64,000 bases of DNA from Octopus bimaculoides (taxonomy: Eukaryota), in the NCBI RefSeq assembly GCF_001194135.2, contig NC_068990.1, positions 63,091,011 to 63,155,010 of the forward strand, given 5' to 3'. Shown here piece by piece: positions 24,859 through 36,679 of this stretch. A program made the translations under genes and the position numbers. Numbering within the stretch: the stretch's first letter is position 1; each line of letters starts with the position of its first letter. The notes below the pieces were generated by a model. The model had not been told where the DNA came from. It searched no databases and saw only the letters and a list, made by a program, of their open reading frames with translations.

Positions 24859-25124
24859 TTACTACTACTACTGCTACACCTCCCCCTCCTCCTCCTTCTC
24901 CTTCTACTGTTGCTGCTGTTGCTGCTACTAGTTCTGTTGCTGCTACCGGTGCTGGTGATGGTACTGCTGCTGACAATAATGATGATGATAATAACATTAA
25001 CAACAATAACAGCACCAGATGATGATAAGGAGGAAGAGGAGATGGAGGAGGGTGGACGAGGGTGGTAGTGGTGGTGATGGTAAGTGGGGTGGTAGTGAGT
25101 GGTGACGGTGATAATGACAACAAA

Positions 25125-25170
<46 letters not shown>
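24600..25170. repeat. Compound (ACT)n/(GCT)n/(ACC)n/(GGT)n/(TTA)n low-complexity array
   Basis: Direct reading. Poly-T, poly-L and poly-V ORFs appear in all frames. Confidence 0.9.
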
Positions 25171-25668
25171 GGAGAAATAGAAAATAGTAGAAAATGTAAA
25201 ACGAACAAAAATGAAACAGTGCCAACAAATATAACGTCCCCCTACTAAGCACAAAAGCTTTCCATAATATATCAACTTCATGTTTTTTTTCCTCATTATC
25301 CCCCATCTTTTATTCATTTCCGTTATATTGTTCGCCTTATCCGTTTTACTACGTTTGTAATTTATGCTAGAATTCAATGCTTACAGGGTCTTCATAGACT
25401 ACTTTCTTTTCTTTTCTTCTCTTTTTTTTTACGATTTCATTTAATTCTCCGCCTTGAACATGAACCTGCCTTCACACCACAACCTAAGACGTTACGCCGC
25501 CCAACAATTTTATTTTGCTGCAGGTTAGTTTTCTATCAAATTTCTCTGAGCAATATATATTTTATAGCCCAGAAAAGCTCGATAATCAAGCTACGTCTCC
25601 ATTAACGTATATTTTATTAATGTAATGGTATTTCACTGAATAACGTTACCGTTCTGTAACAGTTCTGC

Positions 25669-25713
<45 letters not shown>

Positions 25714-25714
<1 letters not shown>

Positions 25715-26016
25715 GGGATGATTACTACCTAGCTCAGATCCCAGGAAACCCCAAAATGGCTGAAGTTCAAAAGATAGTGCTCATGGGAACTGCCCATATC
25801 CTACGTAAAATACTGTCTATGTGATCTCAAATTTTAAAACAAACACATAATTTTCTCATGGCTTCTTAAACATTCACTTGAACAAAACTGTACAAATCCA
25901 AATATATGGTACCCTAGGCATAACACCTACATGTACTTCTAAATTGTTGTCTCTTGAGGTCTCTGGGTGAGACTTGGATCCAACTTGTACAAATGCAAAA
26001 CAAAAGTCAAACATAA
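25714..26016 (+). mobile_element. R4/Dong-clade 3' end, extremely 5'-truncated, inside (TAA)n
   Basis: YLAQIPGNPKMAEVQKIVLMGTAHILRKILSM* plus a ~190-bp 3'UTR. (TAA)n lies on both sides (25671-25713, 26017-26039). Confidence 0.85.
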
Positions 26017-26251
26017 AATAATAATAATAATAATAATAACAAACCTTTCTAGAAACTGTTTATCCCAATTATTCTTGACCCTATGAATTTTTGGCATATA
26101 GAATAAATGAATCCTTTTAATTACAATTGCATCTATATAACACATGGAGAGATATATTAACTTCCAAGGATATTTCCACCTGCATTTGCAAATCTATATC
26201 AACAGTTTCACATTCATACTTATGTGTATTATTATTATTATTATTATTATT

Positions 26252-26652
26252 CAGTAGTTTTATTTTTATAACGTGCTTTCACTTCACTACCGAGCGCAGC
26301 TCTGTGCGCCTTGGGTATGTGCTGTGGTTTGCTGTGGTGCTCTTATGTTTACTGTATTGAAAGTGTTTTGCGTAGAATGTGTGCAGTACACAGTAGTGCA
26401 ATTTTCTGTATGTTATATATATTTGTAAGTCCTGGTATTTTTGTTATGTATTTGTCTGAATATTTTTTTATTATACCTAAGGCACCTACTATGGTAGGAA
26501 TTGTTTCTGTTTTTAGATTCCACATTCGAGTTATCTCTATTTCCAGGTCTTTGTATTTTGAANNNNNNNNNNNNNNNNNNNNNNNNNNNNTGACAACTAT
26601 ATCTGGTCTATTTCCCTTAATTTCTCTATCTGTGTGTATTGGCATATCCCAG

Positions 26653-26655
<3 letters not shown>
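26252..26655 (-). mobile_element. R4/Dong-clade 3' end inside (TTA)n
   Basis: LWDMPIHTDREIKGNRPDIVV…KYKDLEIEITRMWNLKTETIPTIVGALGIIKK…IQKIALLCTAHILRKTLSIQ* (PD..D/E-K RLE). (TTA)n on both sides. Confidence 0.9.
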
Positions 26656-26709
<54 letters not shown>

Positions 26710-26716
26710 AATAATA

Positions 26717-26753
<37 letters not shown>

Positions 26754-28869
26754 TGATGATGATGATGATGATGATAATAATAATAATAATAATAATAGGT
26801 AGGCCAAATTCAGACTTTTAAAAGGAAGTAAGAAAATTTGAGAAAACTTCAGGTATTTACTCTTATTTTTTTCTGGGGCAAGGTCATGAGGAATATACAC
26901 AGAGGAAATACAACGTCCCTATCTAAACACACCTGAGGTCCTAAGAATCCAATATATTTTCAAAAATAATTCACTGTAACTTCATACATACATAGTTCCC
27001 GAATCTTCGTCTTGACCATCACAGAAAAAGGAAAACAATTGAACACTAAAACAATTGGCAACAACATGAATTAAAGCACAAACATCGGATCCAAATGAAA
27101 CAAAATATTTCACAAAGCATGTAGACACGAGAAGACGAATAAAAATAAGACATCCATCCAAAACACACTATGTCACATATATTGCGCATTTAGACATCGC
27201 TAAGAGAACAGATGCTCGTTAGTACCACTAACGCTGAAACGAAAACGAAGAAAGAGCGAAAACTAGAGGGAAAACACTCACACACACACCAAGTGACATA
27301 TACATACATACATGTATATATACATATACATATATATATATAATATAAATAATATATATATGCATATATACACATACGTGTACATGCCTACATATATATG
27401 TATATATACATGCATATGTGGGTACAGGACGTCAAAAAACGTGAACAAAATGAGAAACGAGAACATAAAAACAAAAGCATGGAAAACGAATATTTTTTCG
27501 AACAACGAAAGAAACAAATAGAGAAACGAGACGCCACGCATCCATTTCCAAGTAAGTTTTATCAAAATTCCGATGCGCACCCTACAACCTATCTCTATTC
27601 TATCTCCCTGTCCTGTTCTTCTTCCTTTCTGTTTTTTTCTCACACCCTTTCTCTAATTCTTCTCCTCTCCCCTTCACCGTTCCCTCTCTCTCTCACTCTT
27701 CCTCCTTGATTCTCTCGTTGCTCACACGTGACTAATGGCTATCTATCTTTCTTTCTTCCACTTCCTTCCTAAAGACAAGACGTGCTTTTGCCTGTCTCTA
27801 CTCAAAGCTCGTTTTTCCAGCGTTCACAACTTCACCTCGTTATGGCTTAACAGCCCTCACCGTTTGTTTTTATTGTTTTGTTCTTACTATCCTGTTTTTG
27901 TTACCACTTTAACTCTCCGCAAAAAATCCCCAATTTTTTTCAATTTGCTTTGCGAGAAGGACTGTTTTAACGAAGTCGCGTCTTGTCCCTACCTTCACAA
28001 CGCAGAGTAGATGAAACAGAGGACAACTGATGAAGAGAACGTTGTTTATGTTGATTATCTCGTTTCTCTATTTGTTTCTTTCGTTGTTCGAAACAAAGTT
28101 AGTTTTCCATGCCTATCTTTTTTATGTTCTCGTTTCTCATTTTGTTCACGTTAGAAAAGATAAATCTACCGGCTTGAGTCAAAAAGTGTTTTCGTATTTC
28201 ATGCTGTGATAAATAGTTCAAACAAATTACATGCGAAAAGCGGTTATTCATTAAAATATTTTCCATCATATTCTACTTTCTGTTGCCATCGTTATGCCAG
28301 AACCTCAATTCCATGCTCAAAACATTTGGCTGGTTTAAGTTGCAAAAAAACCCTCTGCAATCGTTTTCAACCTCATCCACATCGTTGAACCTCTGTTCGT
28401 GCAGGAAGTGAGTCATGGAATGGGAAAAAAAGCAATCTAATCGTGCCAGATCTGGACTCTAGTACTCTAGTAGTCATTATATTTTATGCGAATGTGTGTG
28501 TGTGTGTGTGCGCGTGTGTGTGCGTGTGTGTGTATGTGTGTGCGTGTGTGTGTGTGTGTGTTTCTGTGCCTGTGTGTGTCCAGATGTTACCATCTAAGAA
28601 GAACATGGTTTGGCCAAATATTACACCATAATAAATGATCTCACCGTAATAATAAGTTTGACTGTAAATGTATTCTATAAGAAAACAATATGTGCGACAA
28701 TACATCTTTTAGAGATAAAGCTATGCCAGAGCCTAAATTACAATAATGGGGAAATTTCTTTAGATAATTCGACAAAAAGACAGATGTGTATATAGAATGC
28801 AAACATTTAGATGATTACCTAGCGCATAATTGTAGGGGTAGCGTAGTAGATGGAGAGGTTGAAGGGTGC

Positions 28870-29500
28870 TGGTAGTGAAGACAGCGGGGGCGGCGACTAT
28901 GACGACTATGACGATAACGACGACGAAGGTGATGCTGATGATGCTGATGATGAAGATTGTTACAACAGTTTTCGATGCAGTGCTATGCGTTGGCGGTTTT
29001 GCATCGTCATCGGCGGTTAGTTTGCAACTGCGGAGTAGAAGGTGAAAAGACAGGGTTATAGCAGCGATGGTAAGTGATGCGGATGATGGTCATGGCATTG
29101 GTAATGTTGATGATGTTGATGAGGGTGAAAATTATGTTATTTTATAGAAGCAGCCACATTGGTGATGGGCAGAGAAAATGATGGAGGCTGCTGGGTTATG
29201 TTGGTGATGAATAGAATGTATATGACGAAAGTGCTTAGGCGATTGATAGTAGTAATGGAGACGACGGTGATATGAAGAGGACAGACATTTGTCTCGTTGT
29301 GAGTGTGATTCTTGTGATGGCGATGATGATAATGATGATGATGATGTCGACGACGATGACGACGATGATGACGACGATGGTGGTGGTGGTGGTGGTGGCG
29401 GCGGCGGTGGTGGTGGTGGTGACGCTGCTCTCGATGGTGACACACATTATGTCGGTGTTGATGTTGAAGGTATGATGAATATGGCGTTGATGAATGACGA
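28870..29500. repeat. GAT/GAC/GGT/GGC low-complexity trinucleotide region
   Basis: Direct reading. Confidence 0.8.
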
Positions 29501-29695
29501 ATGAGTTGATAATAGATATTTGAAATGCATGTGTGTCTCCAATTTGATAGCGGGTGGTGGGTGTAAGTGTACATGTGAAAATAAGTTCCTCTGAGAACAC
29601 ACACGGTCAATCTTACATGCATAATCACGTATAGACATATTTATGCACAGGTGAACATATATAGAAAAAAATTCATGCACATGCATATATACGTA

Positions 29696-29901
29696 CGTGG
29701 GAGTGCTGACAAGTTCCTGGATTTAAGGGTGGTGCGAAAGGCTTGGATGGAGGCCTAACCTTACAGGGCTGAGAAAAGCTGAAGGATCGCTGCAATAAGT
29801 GGGTGAATTTGGGAGGAGAATATATTAAATATAGTCATAATTAACGGATCCTTCTGTATTTTCTTTTACCCCAAGCTAGGAACTTTTCAGCAACCCCTCA
29901 G
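29696..29901 (+). mobile_element. mariner-derived MITE
   Basis: TA followed by CGTGGGAGTGCTGACAAGTTCCTGG … AGGAACTTTTCAGCAACCCCTC. Confidence 0.8.
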
Positions 29902-30177
29902 GTACGCTAGGTAAGTGGTGTAACGGATTACTAGGGCTCCAAGGTTATAGCCGAAACAGTAGTTAAGGAGCCATTGCAGATACCCGATATAGCGGATTTA
30001 TAGTTGTACATATATATATATATATATATATACTAGTGGGGTGATGAGTTCCCTCGTTGATATATATATATANNNNNNNNNNNNNNNNNNNNNNNNNNNN
30101 NNNNNNNNNNNNNNNNNNNNNNNNNNNNNNNNNNNNNNNNNNNNNNNNNNNNNNNTATATATACATATATACATGTA

Positions 30178-30394
30178 CGAGGCGGTGCCGAAAAGTTCCT
30201 AGCTTTAAGGGTGTCGCGAAAGGCCTGGTTGGAGGCCCAACTTTCAGAGCTCCTTTACGGGACTTAGAAAAACTAAAGGACTGCTGTAACAAGTGTGTGA
30301 ATCGGAGAGGGAAATATGTTGAATAAAATCATAATTTACTGATCCTGCTGTATTTTCTTTTACGCACAGCCAGGAACTTTTCAGTCCCCCCTCA
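30178..30394 (+). mobile_element. mariner-derived MITE retaining the transposase C-terminus
   Basis: TA followed by CGAGGCGGTGCCGAAAAGTTCCTAGC. Internal LEKLKDCCNKCVNRRGKYVE* resembles the mariner KLxxRWxKCVxxxGxYVE terminus. The right TIR is CAGGAACTTTTCAGTCCCCCCTC. Confidence 0.85.
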
Positions 30395-30907
30395 CACATG
30401 TATTCGCATTTTCGGGCAAACACAAAATTACATATACGACATGATCAACCACAGACTTACAAGCAGATATTAAGTCAAAATATTCCTACACGCTAAAAAT
30501 ACAAACGTAAACACAATATACACACATGCATACAAATAAGCATTTATAAATACGAACGCATACATACGTAACATATACGTACGTACATAGAAACATATAT
30601 ATATTGTTGTGTATACAGCAACACAACATTTACATATGCATGTTCAAACACAGACTCTTTCAGATATACCTATGACCAGCATGCCAAGACACACATGCAG
30701 GCGCACATACTCACTCATTTGCACACCTGTTCGTATATACTTACACATATACATACATATGCAGGCACTTACTACGCGCACACCCTCACGTATTGGGGAG
30801 AATACAGACTCTCGCATTTCCTGTACATAATGAATACAAGGAAACAATACATACAAAGTGAGGCACATATTTACATATGTACGTGTACGCATCTTTTGTC
30901 TGTTATC

Positions 30908-31410
30908 TTTTACTTGTTTCAGTCATTATACTGCGGCCATACTGGAGCACTGCCTTAAAGAATTTTAGTCGAATGAAAATATTTATGCATTTTGTTGTGG
31001 TCAAGAAGGACTATTCTGGTAGAGACCCCGGGTTGGTGTTCACTTATTCAAGGGTTTTTATGGTGTCATTTGCAAGGCTCCCCTTTGGCCCTAGTACTTG
31101 TTTGTTTTTCAGCCTGGTACTTATTCAATCAGTCACTTTTCCTGAAACTCCAATTTACGGGAACGTAAGTACACCAACACCGGTCATTAAGTGATGATGG
31201 CGGACTAACGCAGGCACAAACACTCACATACATACGCACACAAGAAAACACACATGCGCATACAATGGGTTTCTTTTAGTTTCCGTCCACCAAGTCTAAT
31301 CATATGACTTTGGTCAGCCCGAGACTATAGTAGAAAACACTTGCCCAAGGCGCCACGCAGTGAGACTGAAACCGGAATCAGGTTCTCAGCACACAGCCAT
31401 GCCTGCGCAT
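30908..31410 (-). mobile_element. tRNA-headed SINE family B (CORE-like CTTGGGCAAGTG and GGAAACT central module) with an internal insertion
   Basis: Reverse-complement of GCAGGCATGGCTGTGTG…GGCGCCTTGGGCAAGTG…GGACGGAAACTAAAAGAAACCC…GACTGAAACAAGTAAAAG. Confidence 0.8.
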
Positions 31411-32099
31411 ACATACAAAACACGCACATATGAAAATAACACACCCAACGTACGTATACGCAAATATACTTTTATACTCAAATATATGCAAATGAAGAAG
31501 CATGTATACACACATATACATGAATACGCTACGTAGATTCAAATAAGCTTGTATGCAAACTGAGAAACATGCAAACACACATTGATATTTATGCGAGTAG
31601 GCCTGACATATAGGATAAATATACTTGCTTGCCGGTAGATGTGCACTGGGTATCAGTAAATCATCAATCAAACTATCCATTTGTTTATCGATCTATCGGA
31701 ATCTCTATCTACTGATAAAAGTATCAGCTAATCAACCTAACTATATCTCTAATGATTTATCAATTTATCAGTCTGTCATGAAGTCCATGTGATTCTCTAT
31801 CTAACGGACATATGCCGATCAGTAACTCAAGGAACCAATCAGTGTAGCCTGCTTTTACTAAACTTATATATTGCTAAGACAAGCAATAAATAGCTCATGA
31901 GATGTAATATACAGGTGTACATTACATCTTATCACATGGTGTTGGCCATGTGGAGGCGTCAAAGATAACGCTGTTGTTGGTGGTGAGGATTAAAGGTATG
32001 AAGACAGTTCGTTGGGATGATTGTCTTGCTCACAGAGATGGTTATAACTGCAATACTATTCATTTCAACGAGGATGCCGGTGGTAAAAAAAAAAATGCC

Positions 32100-32416
32100 A
32101 CTCCGTGGGTTACGATGACGTGTGTTCCAGTTGATCCCTTGAACAGAACAGCCTGCTCGTGAAATTAAGATACAAATGGCTGAGTACTCCTCAGGCATGT
32201 GTACCCTTAACGTAGTTCTCAGGGAAATTTAGTATGACACAAAATGTAGAAAGACTGGTCCGTTAGATTACAGGTATTACTCATTTTTGCCAGCTGAATG
32301 GACTAGAACAATGTGAAATAAAGAGTCTTGCTCAAGGACACAGCACACTGCTGGGAATCGAACTCACTACCTTCCGATCATGAGCCGAATAACCTAACCA
32401 CCCAGCCACACGCCTT
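32100..32416 (-). mobile_element. tRNA-headed SINE family C (CORE-like)
   Basis: Head GGCGTGTGGCTGGGTGGTTAGG, CORE-like CCTTGAGCAAGAC, and tail GAGAACTACGTTAAGGGTACAC…AACTGGAACAC. Confidence 0.8.
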
Positions 32417-32535
32417 CATGATGCTGATGATACTCCATGCGGCATATATATAGTCAAGTATTTAATGGGAATAAGCATCCTGATCATCACAAAAATACAC
32501 CCGAAAAGAAGCCTATACACACTTTCATTAATGAA

Positions 32536-32631
<96 letters not shown>

Positions 32632-34939
32632 GAAACAATGCCAACATATATGCATTGTACAGATAAAATGCTGCAGATTAATACAACAAACAAAAGATGA
32701 TGATAAAACAGGGGCATACGGTGTTATGAGAGTACATTTGCACTGAATTGAATGTAAAGAAAAACTCGTATAATACATGATATAGATAAATTCGACTTAT
32801 ACTTTTATACACGTAGAATAAAACAAAACTAGAAAAATAGTCTAAATACATAAAACATCATAAAAATCGTACGTAGAAGGATTTCAGCCACCGGTATACA
32901 AGAAACGCATCCCGCAGGTCTGCAACCTTAAAAAATTATGTAATAAGAAAAGCTACTATTGATCAGACAATTATTTATGTGGGTGCATTTCCAAGATTTG
33001 TGGGAGCTAATATATTTCGTTTAGTTTGTAGTAGTTAAATGAGGGACGGAAAAAAAGCGAAGTTACAGATGGTGGAGTGCGAGATTTTGACTGTTTTTCT
33101 AAAATTTTGTAGTACATGTATTGTGGTGAGAATATTTTCTAAATCAAGTAGGGGCATTTCTTTTTGGTATAATAGGTGCAGTTACAATGATGATGGAAGG
33201 TTGAACAATATAATGGTTGATTTCTTGTCATATGTAGGTATTTCTGGTCCAGGTGTGAGTTCTATATGCGAGATCTTTTGCAGCCCTTTTTGTAATGTAT
33301 ATTATTGTTGTAGGCTGCAGCGTGGGTGAATATTAACCTATTGGAAGGAATTATGTACATACAAATATACATACAACTATGCATACATACGCACATACAT
33401 ATATACATATACACATATATTTGTTTATCTATAGGTAGAATTAACATATATTTGTGCGTGGAAGTATATATTTACATCTGGGTATATATATATTCGCTTG
33501 TATATATGTGTATCATTATTCAGTTTTATTTACCTTCCTCTAAATTGAGATTACTGCTATCTTACCCCTCCTTCTAGAAAGAAGAACAAATAGAATATAT
33601 AGAAATTAAATTCCTGTTTGCTTCACTAGACTCTTGATTAACAGCCCAGTCAAGATGTTATTCTCTCCATCTCCTACTCTTGTATTTGCACAGATNNNNN
33701 NNNNNNNNNNNNNNNNNNNNNNNNNNNNNNNNNNNNNNNNNNNNNNNNNNNNNNNNNNNNNNNNNNNNNNNNNNNNNNNNNNNNNNNNNNNNNNNNNNNN
33801 NNNNNNNNNNNNNNNNNNNNNNNNNNNNNNNNNNNNNNNNNNNNNNNNNNNNNNNNNNNNNNNNNNNNNNNNNNNNNNNNNNNNNNNNNNNNNNNNNNNN
33901 NNNNNNNNNNNNNNNNNNNNNNNNNNNNNNNNNNNNNNNNNNNNNNNNNNNNNNNNNNNNNNNNNNNNNNNNNNNNNNNNNNNNNNNNNNNNNNNNNNNN
34001 NNNNNNNNNNNNNNNNNNNNNNNNNNNNNNNNNNNNNNNNNNNNNNNNNNNNNNNNNNNNNNNNNNNNNNNNNNNNNNNNNNNNNNNNNNNNNNNNNNNN
34101 NNNNNNNNNNNNNNNNNNNNNNNNNNNNNNNNNNNNNNNNNNNNNNNNNNNNNNNNNNNNNNNNNNNNNNNNNNNNNNNNNNNNNNNNNNNNNNNNNNNN
34201 NNNNNNNNNNNNNNNNNNNNNNNNNNNNNNNNNNNNNNNNNNNNNNNNNNNNNNNNNNNNNNNNNNNNNNNNNNNNNNNNNNNNNNNNNNNNNNNNNNNN
34301 NNNNNNNNNNNNNNNNNNNNNNNNNNNNNNNNNNNNNNNNNNNNNNNNNNNNNNNNNNNNNNNNNNNNNNNNNNNNNNNNNNNNNNNNNNNNNNNNNNNN
34401 NNNNNNNNNNNNNNNNNNNNNNNNNNNTATATATATATATATATATCCACTGAAAGGTAGTAGCAATAAGAAAATCCGCAGGTGTGAGACATAGATATAC
34501 AGACAGTTTGTTTGCGCTCACACGCGCTTATGTTTCAGCAAGTATAGATCAGTTTTTCTAATTCCCTCTGCTGTACTCACATGTCTCGTTTGTGATCGTG
34601 CACATCTGTGCTTGTTTATTTGTTTGCTTGTGTGTGTTTATGTGTGTTTATTTGTGTGTGAGTGTGTGCGTATGTGTGTGTGTGTGTATGTGTTTTCGTG
34701 TCTCGATGTGTTTATGTTAGTCCCAGTGTATGTAGGTACTTACGCGGGCACTGCTTGTGTGGTTATCACTTTCTATGTATGTGATTTCAAGCTGCAGAAA
34801 ACTGCACACAAATAATGTCGACTATGAGATCGATACTTGTGCATTAAACTCCTAACCTGAACATTAAACTGATTTTAACGATATTTCCATGTGTGTTTTT
34901 GTATCATAATAGTCTGTACAAGAGAGAGAGAAAAAATTG

Positions 34940-35004
<65 letters not shown>

Positions 35005-35561
35005 CAACAACAACAACATCAACAACGAAAACAGTAAACAAAATGATAAAAATGATAATGTTAATGAATGAAAAATACTAAAATCTCTGCTTAAAAGCAA
35101 GGTATTGCCTCTTTACTTTCGACAAGATCAAAAAGAAACAATTATAGATTCCAAGAACACACTATCTCATAAAGAATCCTTCTTAATTTGACTTTAATCT
35201 TCACTTACTACTAAAAAGAACTCAAAGAAATAAATGAACAAAGGAAAAAAATAAAAGGAGGGGAGAAAAAAGGTCACCTGTTAACGGAACGGCTGGTTTC
35301 TTCAATGTAATGAATAATTTAATTTTTTTTTCATTAAATGAAATTCTCCAGACACGCTGTCTGTGACATATGAACGAGCAGTAGTCGACTTCAAACCACA
35401 ATTGTAATTGGTAATTTATATTGAATTTTGAACACATACACTTGTATGCAGATACATACACGCCCACACACAGATGCACACACACCAACACACACACATT
35501 GAGTATATATTTCTTTATTTATTAATATACCGCATCTATGTACGTATGGTTGTATGTGTGC

Positions 35562-35602
<41 letters not shown>

Positions 35603-36679
35603 TGTATGGATGTACATATAGAGTGTGTGTGTGAAAGAGAGAGTGAAAGAGAGATTGAGAGAGAAACGAAGATGACTTCATAAATCTAATTAAAAAGGTA
35701 AGATTCAGTTACAGCACAATTACTTCCAAGACCTGCTAAATTCAGACGCGGCAGAGAATCTCCGGCCGTATTTACTGCTATTAAAGTCACTTTAAAAACA
35801 AAATCGAAGCAGACATCTGCATTTATTTCAAACTTCTCTCAAGTAAGAAGAAAAAGAAGCACAAAACGACAAATGTCCACATAAATTGTAACGTCAACAT
35901 GAAGTATAGACAAAAGTAGTGAAACTCAAAGTTGGACCACACCCAATCATTATGAAGACCCAAAGACCTAAAATGAGTCAGAGATTCTATTTTTAAACTT
36001 ATAACAACGGTAAAACCCAAACTGTAGATGATAAGTAGACACATCCCAGATATATTTATTCTCAAATTAAGTAAGTAATTCAGTTGTTTGCGTGAAATAA
36101 CAAGGGAACAATGATGAAGTGGTTCGAGGAAATCTATAGAAACTACAACGATTTCCCTTCCTTCCTTATAATACATATATTTTGGATGCTAAGTATAAAA
36201 CTTAGTGTTTGTATATCTTAGATATGCTTCAAAACAAATTCAGCAAACCCTATGCAGAGTTATGCATAAAAAGGCTGGATTGAATTACTACGATCTAAAC
36301 GAAATTAGAAGAATTTAATAGAACGGTTATAAAGAATTAGATTTATAAATGAACATCAGAACTCATAAAACCAATGTAAAATCATATTAGAAATTACATT
36401 TTATAAACAGCAACCATGCAAGAAGTCGTGAAACTTCAGTTACAACAGACTTTTAAATGTAAACAATAATTAAATTTCCACAGAAAATACCGCCACCTTT
36501 ATAATAACTAGTAAAAGAGATGGAAGATTTCCAAAAGTGCACTGACACGTACACCAAAGTATGCTAGGCATATGGAAATGAGAAGACTTGTCTCACTGAA
36601 AACGCTTTCAAGACCAAATATACTCGGTATACATGAATTATCAGAAAGAGAATAATGCTAGAGTATTATTATATCTTAC

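Noticed and set aside
24581-25306. Mucin-like poly-Thr/Ala/Pro ORF (24585-25022) and poly-Val/poly-Leu ORFs
   Set aside because: Open in several frames on both strands, a pure trinucleotide mosaic with no splice or domain support.
28028-28095. CTGATGA…GAAAC hammerhead-ribozyme-like core (similar partial cores at 14090 and 20973)
   Set aside because: Stem II cannot close directly on the core, and no stem I/III with a cleavage triplet was found.
29132-29628. Poly-His/Arg, poly-Asp/Gly and poly-Pro ORFs
   Set aside because: Low-complexity trinucleotide region with no coherent gene structure.
31950-32162. LLLVVRIKG resembling ribosomal protein L7/L30
   Set aside because: A short chance match. 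The rest of the ORF is unrelated and runs into a SINE.
18128-34521. Long ORFs of 150-316 aa containing X runs
   Set aside because: Artefacts of N gaps.
35823-36176. 117-aa hydrophobic minus-strand ORF
   Set aside because: A T-rich composition explains the lack of stops. No donor and no family motif.
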